DNA of 64,000 nucleotides from Spirochaetota bacterium. GTDB taxonomy: Bacteria; Spirochaetota; UBA4802; UBA5550. A program made the translations under genes and the position numbers. Where the stretch lies: assembly GCA_963664815.2 (NCBI GenBank), contig CAXXHB010000002.1, positions 480,001-544,000 of the forward strand. The letters are read 5' to 3'. Positions 56,071 to 64,000 of this stretch are shown here, piece by piece (the stretch's first letter is position 1; each line of letters begins with the position of its first letter). The notes below the pieces were generated by a model that saw only the letters and a list, made by a program, of their open reading frames with translations, was not told the DNA's origin and did no database searches.

Positions 56071-57336
56071 ATGGTAATAAAATACAAACAGGATAACGGA
56101 TTTTCTGTTCTCCTTGAACCTGTTGAAAGCTCAGTTTCAGTTTCTGTAGGTCTCTGGGTTAATAAGGGTTCAAGGGATGAAACCCAGGATCAATATGGAT
56201 ATGCTCACTTTGTTGAGCATATGCTGTTTAAGGGGACAGAAAAATATACGGCAGGAGACATTGCGAGAAGTATAGATCGTGTTGGCGGGCAGCACAATGC
56301 AGCTACTAACAGGGAATATACATGCTATTATATAAATGTAGTGTCGGATTATCTGGAGCTTGCCCTTGAGATTCTTTCCGACATGTACTATAACTCACTG
56401 TTTGATCCGGATGAGCTTGAGAAGGAAAAAAATGTTGTCGTGGAGGAGATCAGGATGTATGAAGATACGCCTGATGAGTTTATCCACGATTTTTTCATGG
56501 AAAAAATGATGCAGGGACATCCGCTGAGTCATTCTATTCTCGGCACTATTGAGGGGATAGGGAAAACATCACGTGAAACAATTACTACGTTTTATAATTC
56601 TCACTATGTGAATGATAACGCGATTCTAGCTATAGCTGGAAATTTTAATATTGAAAATGTAAAAGAACTTATTTCTTTGTACTTCGGAAAAGAAAAAAAT
56701 GCGGTACTTCCTGCAACTTCTCTGTTAACGGGTATTCCTGCAAGAATTTCAAGAGAGCACCTGGAGAAGGATCTTGAACAGGTTCATTTCTGTATGGGTC
56801 TCGAAGGAATAAAACGCGGTGAAGATGATCGCTGGGGTCTTTATATTTTAAGTACGATTCTTGGAGGGAGCATGTCTTCCAGGCTATTCCAGAATATCAG
56901 GGAGAAAGAGGGCATAAGCTATTCCATCTATTCTTTTCATTCATCCTATGTTGATTGTGGAGTTTTCGGAATATACTGTGCAACGTTACCGGAAAAATTC
57001 GGTTTAACAGTTGATCTCATAATGAAAGAGTGCCAAAAAATGTTTTATGACGGAATTACTGATGAAGAGTTCCGGGATACAAAGACATATATGAAAGGCA
57101 ATTTAGCGCTCAGCCTTGAAAGCAATGAAGTAAGGATGAGCCAGCTTGCAAGAAACGAAATGACATATGGCAGCTATTTCAGTTTTAATGATGTTGTGGA
57201 GATAATTGATAAAATTACTCAGGATGATTATATGAGGGTGTGTGACAGAATTTTTAAAAATAAAACTCTCTCGCTTGTTTCTGTAGGAAAGCTGAAAAAG
57301 AAAATAAAACTTGAAAGTCTTGATCTTGCTATATAA
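56071..57336 (+). CDS. M16-family zinc peptidase
   Basis: HFVEHMLFKGT inverted zinc motif; LGGSMSSRLFQNIREKEG. Confidence 0.95.
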   Translation: MVIKYKQDNGFSVLLEPVESSVSVSVGLWVNKGSRDETQDQYGYAHFVEHMLFKGTEKYTAGDIARSIDRVGGQHNAATNREYTCYYINVVSDYLELALEILSDMYYNSLFDPDELEKEKNVVVEEIRMYEDTPDEFIHDFFMEKMMQGHPLSHSILGTIEGIGKTSRETITTFYNSHYVNDNAILAIAGNFNIENVKELISLYFGKEKNAVLPATSLLTGIPARISREHLEKDLEQVHFCMGLEGIKRGEDDRWGLYILSTILGGSMSSRLFQNIREKEGISYSIYSFHSSYVDCGVFGIYCATLPEKFGLTVDLIMKECQKMFYDGITDEEFRDTKTYMKGNLALSLESNEVRMSQLARNEMTYGSYFSFNDVVEIIDKITQDDYMRVCDRIFKNKTLSLVSVGKLKKKIKLESLDLAI

Positions 57337-57537
57337 TTTGTGTTTTTAAATAGTATTTGACGTAAAATCAATTATTTGATTTCTATCGTATAGAAAGGTT
57401 TTTATATTTTTCTTTTTTACTAATACATTTTTTGCTATATGAATTTTCAGTTATATTGTTGAAGTTCTTTAATAATATGTGCAATGTCAGCAGAATAATG
57501 GTATAGTAATAATTTTTCCAGTTTAATGGAGTTTTAT

Positions 57538-57951
57538 ATGGCAACGAAACCTGAAGGAATAAACAGTACAATCGGAGAAGGCTCAGTATTTGAAGGGAAA
57601 TTCTATATCAGCGGTTCTCTTAAAATAGATGGTAAGTTTGAAGGTGAGATTAAAACAGACGAAGAGCTTGTTGTAGGGGAAAAAGGGCGAATTAAAACTG
57701 ATATTTTTGCAAAATCCGTCGTTGTTGCCGGAACAGTAGTTGGAAATATTACTGCGGAAAACGAGGTAAGACTTCTTGAAACGGCCAAGGTGCTTGGAGA
57801 TATTACAGCTCCAGCTATATCAATACAACGCGGTGTTGTAGCTCATGGTAAGATAACTATAACCGGATTGAATAAAAAAGACCCCAAAAAGTATATAGAA
57901 GAAGCGTATTCCGGCTCATCACAGGCTGCTAAAGTGCCGGATAAAAAATAA
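57538..57951 (+). CDS. Bactofilin (polymer-forming cytoskeletal protein)
   Basis: SD GGAG before ATG 57538; STIGEGSVFEG...LKIDGKFEGEI...V.GNI.A beta-helix repeats. Confidence 0.92.
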   Translation: MATKPEGINSTIGEGSVFEGKFYISGSLKIDGKFEGEIKTDEELVVGEKGRIKTDIFAKSVVVAGTVVGNITAENEVRLLETAKVLGDITAPAISIQRGVVAHGKITITGLNKKDPKKYIEEAYSGSSQAAKVPDKK

Positions 57952-58021
57952 ATGTTAAGTATATTTATTATAAAGGACGATAAGTAATTATTATTATTTT
58001 TTTATAAGCAGAATTAATAGG

Positions 58022-59125
58022 ATGTTTAAAAAAGGATTTAATACATATAAAATTGGTAAACTTACTGTAAATATTTTTACGAACGATATAGTTCTGATCT
58101 ATATAGGTAAAAATGGTACTTATATAAAAAATATTTATAAAAAAGATTTTTCACGTCTTACAAAGGCTGTGGCGATGACTGCAGGATTTATAATAATCTC
58201 ATCTATAATTATTACTGCAATTCCGTCAAGTGAAGCGTCTGCAGGATCATCCGGGAGTGAGTATGCTGAATCTGCTGATGAAGACAATGAAAATAATGGA
58301 CTAATGGTTCTTGGGACTTCTGATATTAAAAATATTGAAGAAGATGAAAAACTTAAAAATGAACTTCTTCTTTCTGATAAAACAGATTTTTCTCTGCCTT
58401 CTGTAAATACTCCGCTAAAAATCAAAACACATAAAGTAAAACAGGGTGAAAGTCTTAATGGTATAGCAAAAAAATATGGTGTTTCTATTGATACAATTTG
58501 TGGAAGTAATAATCTAAAGTCGTATGATTATGTAGATCCGGGAATAACATTGAGAATACCCAATAAAGAGGGAATTCTTTACAATATGAAAGAAGGAAAT
58601 AATGTGGCAGGTTTAGCCGCTAAATATAAAATACCGGTAGAGAAAATACTTGCTGAAAACAATTTTAAAAATCCTGATTTTGTTTCAGAAGGAGAACTGG
58701 TTTTTATACCTGATGCGAAACCACAGAACATCTTTTCCGGTTTTTTATGGCCTGTTGACAGCAGAAAAATTACATGTGGATATGGCTGGAGGAGAAATCC
58801 CTTTAACTATGAATATAAAGAGTTTCATAGAGGTATGGATATATGCGCCAGATATGAATGGGTCAGGTCAACTAAATATGGACAGGTGACTTTTGCCGGA
58901 TGGATGGGGGGATATGGGAAAGCTGTAATTATTGCTCATCCGGGAGGATGGAAGAGTTTATATGGACATCTGTCAAAAATTATCGTTAAAGAAGGGCAGT
59001 ATGTTAAACAGGGGCAGAATATTGCAAAGAGTGGAAATACGGGAAGATCAACAGGCCCCCATGTACATTTTGAACTTCTGAAACAGGGTGAATATACCAA
59101 TCCTAAAAAATATCTGAAAAAATAA
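58022..59125 (+). CDS. LysM-containing M23 peptidase
   Basis: TM helix, two LysM domains (HKVKQGESLNGIAKKYGV), HRGMD, YGHL and STGPHVHFE. Confidence 0.95.
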   Translation: MFKKGFNTYKIGKLTVNIFTNDIVLIYIGKNGTYIKNIYKKDFSRLTKAVAMTAGFIIISSIIITAIPSSEASAGSSGSEYAESADEDNENNGLMVLGTSDIKNIEEDEKLKNELLLSDKTDFSLPSVNTPLKIKTHKVKQGESLNGIAKKYGVSIDTICGSNNLKSYDYVDPGITLRIPNKEGILYNMKEGNNVAGLAAKYKIPVEKILAENNFKNPDFVSEGELVFIPDAKPQNIFSGFLWPVDSRKITCGYGWRRNPFNYEYKEFHRGMDICARYEWVRSTKYGQVTFAGWMGGYGKAVIIAHPGGWKSLYGHLSKIIVKEGQYVKQGQNIAKSGNTGRSTGPHVHFELLKQGEYTNPKKYLKK

Positions 59126-59492
59126 CATCATCAGCTTCAACATCTATATCTGTTTTAAAAACTAATTGACTCAAAAATAACCCTCTATGATATCACAATA
59201 TGTTTCATATTCATAAGTATAATATTTAGCGATTATTTGTTGTAAAACTAAAATCATCATAACTTATAGTTTTTGTGAATAATTAAGATAAAAATAGTCA
59301 TAATTTTTCTGTTTAATTTTTGATGTAATTTATATCATTATTGAGCCTTTTTATTTAACTCATTTCGACAAACTTAATACATGGCGTGGCCTTACATTGA
59401 AATGTATTGGTGATTAATTGTTCCGGGGCTTTCTATCAATCATTATAATCCCAACTATGCAAATTATATTAAATTATGTTCTGGAGTACGTT

Positions 59493-61571
59493 ATGCTGAA
59501 AGACGCGAATTTTTTATGTGAAATCGGAACCGAAGAGATCCCGGCAGGATATATTCCCCCTGCGATTAATTCTTTAAAAAATATATTTAAAGACAGATTT
59601 GCCGAGTTGAGAATTGATTTCAATAATATAGAAGTGTATGCGACTCCCAGAAGGCTGGTTGTTCTTGCTTCAGGTCTTGCAAAGTCGCAGAGGAGTGAGA
59701 CTGTAGAACTTAAAGGCCCATCGGCACAGGCTGCTTTTGATAGTGCAGGAAATCCGACAAGGGCCATGGAAGGCTTTTTAAAGGGAAACGGAATTGAGTT
59801 AAAGGATACATCTATCAGGGAAACAGATAAAGGGAATTATGTATATGCGTCGAAAATTCTTACTTCTGAAAAAACCGAAAAGATAATTCCTGAAATACTT
59901 GAAGGTTGCTTAATCAGTCTTCAGTTTCCAAAAAGAATGAAATGGAGCGATAAGAAAATAACTTTTCCGCGTCCTATTCAATACTTTGTGCTGATGTTTA
60001 ACAATGAAGTAATACCTTTTGAAATAGATGGAATTAAATCGGGCAATCTTACACGGGGGCATTTTGTACAGCATAACAAAATGATAGAGATAACTGACAT
60101 TTCAACTTATTCTGACAAGCTGAAGGAGAACGGAGTAATTCTTGATCAGGATGAAAGGAAAGATTTGATAAGACGAGAACTTGTTAAGGCAGCACAGGAC
60201 GCAGGTGGAATTCTTAATGAAGATGAGGAACTACTCGATACAGTTACATTCATTGTTGAAGATCCCCACATAATTACATGTGAATTTAACAAAGACTTTC
60301 TGGAAATACCAGATATTGTTCTTATTACTGAAATGAAGGAGCATCAGAAATATTTTGCGATACTGAGCAGCCAGGGTAAACTGATTAATAAATTTCTTGT
60401 TACGGCTAATAATCCTGAGAACAAAAATATTATAAAGGGTAATGTCAAGGTAATATCTGCAAGGTTTACCGATGCAAAATTTTTCTACAGAGAGGATGCA
60501 AAACTCAAGCTTGCACAGAGAGTTGACTCTTTGAAGAACGTTCTTTTTCACAAAGAGCTAGGAACTATTTATGACAAGATTGAAAGGATGAGGAAAGTTG
60601 CTTCGAATATATCCAATACACTGAATCTTGATGACAATTTAAAGGCGAAGATTGACAGGGCTGTTTATCTTTCCAAGGCAGACCTTGATACTGCGATGGT
60701 TTATGAATTTGCTTCTCTCCAGGGAAAGGTTGGCCGGATATATGCACTGAATGATGGTGAAGAAAAAGAAGTTGCAGAGGCTATCAATGATCACTACCGG
60801 CCGAGATTTTACGGGGATGCTGTTCCATCCGGAATTGTTTCTGTTGTACTTTCACTTGCGGAGAAGATTGATAATATTTTCGGTTCATATTCTGTAGGTA
60901 ATATCCCAAAGGGTTCTCAGGATCCGTATGCTTTGAGACGTCAGTCAAATGCAGTTGTTGAACTTATTATAAGAAACAATCTTTCGCTTGATTTGCATAA
61001 AATACTGGTGGATGTTTCGTCAAATTATAAAAACGGGAAAGAGATTGTTGATAAAATCGTTGAGTTTGTTAACGCCAGGGTGAAAACGATTTTTTCTGAT
61101 GAAGGATTCAGGTATGATGAGATTGATGCATGCATGATTGCAGGTAATACGAATTATCTTGAGCTTTACAGAAGAGCGAAAAGCCTCAACAGTTTCAGGA
61201 ATGATGAAAAATTTTCTGAACTTCTTCTTGGTTTTAAAAGAATGAACAATATAGTAAACGGATTCAGAAAAGAAAACAAAGATTATAAGCTTGTTTTCAG
61301 TGAGTCACTAATTGAGGGGAATGAAGAGAAAGAATTATTCAGTTTTTTCAGCACAAGGGAGAAAGAAATAGCAACACTCATTTCAGAGAGCAGGTATATT
61401 GATCTATTTAAACTTATATCTGAAGCGAAACAGTTTATTGACATTTTCTTTGATAAAGTCCTTGTTATGGATAAAAGGGTTGAAGTACGGGATAACAGGC
61501 TTTCAATTCTTGAGGGTATCCTGAGGAATTTTAAGAACCTTATTGATTTTTCAAAGATAAGTGACAAGTAA
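59493..61571 (+). CDS. glyS: Glycine--tRNA ligase beta subunit
   Basis: EIGTEEIP, ATPRRL, FPKRMKW, HQKYF and GSQDPYALRR. SD GGAG supports the start at 59493 rather than 59418. Confidence 0.97.
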   Translation: MLKDANFLCEIGTEEIPAGYIPPAINSLKNIFKDRFAELRIDFNNIEVYATPRRLVVLASGLAKSQRSETVELKGPSAQAAFDSAGNPTRAMEGFLKGNGIELKDTSIRETDKGNYVYASKILTSEKTEKIIPEILEGCLISLQFPKRMKWSDKKITFPRPIQYFVLMFNNEVIPFEIDGIKSGNLTRGHFVQHNKMIEITDISTYSDKLKENGVILDQDERKDLIRRELVKAAQDAGGILNEDEELLDTVTFIVEDPHIITCEFNKDFLEIPDIVLITEMKEHQKYFAILSSQGKLINKFLVTANNPENKNIIKGNVKVISARFTDAKFFYREDAKLKLAQRVDSLKNVLFHKELGTIYDKIERMRKVASNISNTLNLDDNLKAKIDRAVYLSKADLDTAMVYEFASLQGKVGRIYALNDGEEKEVAEAINDHYRPRFYGDAVPSGIVSVVLSLAEKIDNIFGSYSVGNIPKGSQDPYALRRQSNAVVELIIRNNLSLDLHKILVDVSSNYKNGKEIVDKIVEFVNARVKTIFSDEGFRYDEIDACMIAGNTNYLELYRRAKSLNSFRNDEKFSELLLGFKRMNNIVNGFRKENKDYKLVFSESLIEGNEEKELFSFFSTREKEIATLISESRYIDLFKLISEAKQFIDIFFDKVLVMDKRVEVRDNRLSILEGILRNFKNLIDFSKISDK

Positions 61572-61713
61572 CACATAGAAATCTCTCAGTGCTTGTAATA
61601 TGTTGTTAAGCATATGGAAAATTTTCTCGATAAACATGAGATTTAGTGATTGGAAAACTCCGCCCGGAACCATGATTAAAAACCGGTTGAGCGGAGTCAA
61701 AGCAAAATTAATA

Positions 61714-62193
61714 TTAAGGAATTACAATTTGACCGTAACCGCTTATTGCATCAATATTTGTATATTGGTTATATTGTGATTGATTACTTGCATTATATGG
61801 AATGTCATTATCATCAGTATCGATATGAATAATTCCAATTCTGTAAAAATAAACTCCAGAAGATGTTGGAGCATCAACATTACAGCTTGTTGTTAAGCCA
61901 GATGATAAATCACCACTATTTAGCAAACTAGTAGAATATCTGCTTGCAACAAGTTCATAACTAGAGTACTCATCGTCTTTTTGTGATGTCCGATAGACTT
62001 CAATTCCCGCAAAAGTATTTGAAGTGTCTGTTTTATCCCAAGTTAATATTACATTACCGCCGCTATATGTAGCATTAACGCTGAATGATGACCTCTTTGT
62101 AATTGCCCCTTCAGCCATATCGGATACATATGAACATCCGGTAAAAATGGAACTTAAAAATGCAGCTATAATTATCAGTTTAAAATATCTCAT
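61714..62193 (-). CDS. Putative lipoprotein with an FN3-like domain
   Basis: Lipobox FTG-C; VILTWD...EVYR...YFYRI. Confidence 0.8.
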   Translation of the reverse strand: MRYFKLIIIAAFLSSIFTGCSYVSDMAEGAITKRSSFSVNATYSGGNVILTWDKTDTSNTFAGIEVYRTSQKDDEYSSYELVASRYSTSLLNSGDLSSGLTTSCNVDAPTSSGVYFYRIGIIHIDTDDNDIPYNASNQSQYNQYTNIDAISGYGQIVIP

Positions 62194-62205
62194 ATTATTC
62201 CCTCT

Positions 62206-63480
62206 TTATATCCTGAAAAATAAACTACCTTCAACCGACCACTTATCAGATGCCTCCATAAGTTTTTTCAGCTCGGTTGAATAGTTATACTGGGTTTTTA
62301 AGTCGCCACCGTAATTTACAAAATCAGCTTCAGCGGCGAGAATCCATCCATATACAGCATTGCCTTTACTTGGTTTATCTCTATGTATCGCAATAGCCGG
62401 GTCCCAATACCAGCTCATACCTGTATATACCTTATATTTTGTATTTTCAGGCGGAGTGACAGGATCGAGGTTGATGAGGATATTCCACTCCTTTGATTTG
62501 GCGACATTTATTTTATTGCCGGTTGTTTTTGAGTATATATCTTTATTGATGTACTGGGCACCATAAAATCCTTCAATAGTAAAGAAATCGGATATTCTCT
62601 GAACCACTCTCGTTGAAAGTACATTAAGTGTGGCAGAATCTTTTACATAAGTGCTTGAAGAACCTTTTCCAGTTGCAGTATCAACCCACACAGAATCATA
62701 AAGTTCGTCGTTATATGCCATAGTTCGTTCATAACCTATTGAAAATACCGGATAGTATTTATTGGACACATCTTTTATATGGCTGAGAAGTTCGTTGATT
62801 TTGATTTCTGTTTTAGTTGATTGAGGTTTCCCTTCGTCTATATTCATGCTGAAGGCCATAAATTTCATCACACCGATGGCGTAGAAGAGTTTACTGTAGC
62901 TTTTAACAGGATCTGTATAATCCATGGTACCATCATTTTTAGGAGCGTATTCTTTGTTAAAAATCATTCCGCCATGAAAAGTAAAGTAATCTCTGTATAG
63001 CAATGAAAAAGCATATATGTCATCAAAAAACTGTGAATGTTTGTAATCGGTTACAGACTCGCTGCCGGCACTTCCCCTCCCTACTTCAATACTTTTAGTT
63101 AGGCCATAATGAAAACCGGTTGTTGTAAGGGCTAAAATAAAATCATGATCTTCTGCTTTTTCCCGGAAGCCGGTGATCGGTAATGCAACGGTCATACTTC
63201 CATATGTTCTTACAAGACGGAGTTCGGTAGATTCGGTTTTCCCGGTTCCGGCATTAACGGTATTTACATCAAAGTCGAAAACCCAGTTAATTTTTCCATA
63301 AATGTCGAAATAGAAATTCTTGTCCTGTAGAATGTCCCATCTTTTCATAAAAAGATCCTGAACAGTTTCCGATCTTGAAACGGAATTGTGAAGAGTTGAT
63401 GCTTCATACACCGCTGAAAATAGCGGGTTAAAAATAAACAGCTGAACTGTTATTGCAATGATTGTTAGTAGTTTTTTCAT
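62206..63480 (-). CDS. Hypothetical exported protein, possible outer-membrane beta-barrel
   Basis: Signal peptide from MKKLL (63480), aromatic-rich alternating strands, C-terminal VEGSLFFRI. Confidence 0.75.
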   Translation of the reverse strand: MKKLLTIIAITVQLFIFNPLFSAVYEASTLHNSVSRSETVQDLFMKRWDILQDKNFYFDIYGKINWVFDFDVNTVNAGTGKTESTELRLVRTYGSMTVALPITGFREKAEDHDFILALTTTGFHYGLTKSIEVGRGSAGSESVTDYKHSQFFDDIYAFSLLYRDYFTFHGGMIFNKEYAPKNDGTMDYTDPVKSYSKLFYAIGVMKFMAFSMNIDEGKPQSTKTEIKINELLSHIKDVSNKYYPVFSIGYERTMAYNDELYDSVWVDTATGKGSSSTYVKDSATLNVLSTRVVQRISDFFTIEGFYGAQYINKDIYSKTTGNKINVAKSKEWNILINLDPVTPPENTKYKVYTGMSWYWDPAIAIHRDKPSKGNAVYGWILAAEADFVNYGGDLKTQYNYSTELKKLMEASDKWSVEGSLFFRI

Positions 63481-64000
63481 AGTTTTACACTCATTTTTAA
63501 TTGATAGTAATAAAATAATAATAAGAATCAAAGAGAAAAAATTTTTTACGGATTTAAAAAAAAGAAATAAATTTATATCTTTCTATGAAGGAGTGAAATA
63601 TAGAAAGGTATAGTAATTCAGGGTGGTCAAAATTATTTTTCTGACTAAATAGAGACCAATTTGACCATCTGAACATGAGAAGCAAAACGTTGCAGAAGGA
63701 TCCATAATTTTACGAATCCTTAGACCCTCAATTATGGATTATTGTTCCTGACTTTTATTTTTTTTCAACAAAATTTTATCCGGAATTAATTATTTTATAT
63801 ATCATATTTAATTTAAATATGATATATAAAATATAGAGTTGATAGATGGTTCGCATTTGAAAAGTATAATATTGTTGAATATTTGTCTAAAAGTTCTAAT
63901 ATAGAGACATTTTGTTTTTAATAAATAAATAATATTTAAGATAACTGTGAAAAATGAATAAAAAATATAAGATAACTGACTGGCTACCTGTTTCAAAAAA

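Overview
AT-rich chromosomal window from a spirochaete. The 16S 5' signature AACTAACGCTGGCGGCGCGTCTTAAACATGC and the gene content point to a Leptospira-related (Leptospirae-like) lineage, not a described Leptospira; this is inferred from recalled signatures, with no search run. From left to right: (1) 1-3162, the end of a decayed polymorphic toxin/immunity-like cassette array, punctuated by two copies of a ~135-nt structured repeat and a Flavo-1-like RNA element; (2) three chemoreceptor (MCP) genes, uvrB and two small conserved genes; (3) a 16S-tRNA-Ile-tRNA-Ala-23S rRNA operon that ends in a terminator with no 5S gene; (4) a ~6-kb accessory module between diverged direct repeats, holding a lipoprotein, a convergent 7TM-DISM LytS-type kinase and LytTR regulator, and a secreted protein of six near-identical 48-aa FG-GAP-like repeats preceded by a LytTR-type direct-repeat box; (5) assorted genes (DUF3754-like, TPR, LysE, repeat-containing SPFH, CoA-transferase, double-cNMP/HEAT, SrkA, QueG-like, MCP, histidine kinase, nitroreductase, USP); (6) the core cluster rimP-nusA-infB-rbfA-truB-rpsO-pnp, then an M16 peptidase, bactofilin, LysM-M23 peptidase and a stand-alone glyS. 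The best candidates for undescribed biology are the structured repeat separating the toxin/immunity cassettes and the repeat-flanked sensor/lectin-like module. No CRISPR array, integrase or intact transposase was seen.
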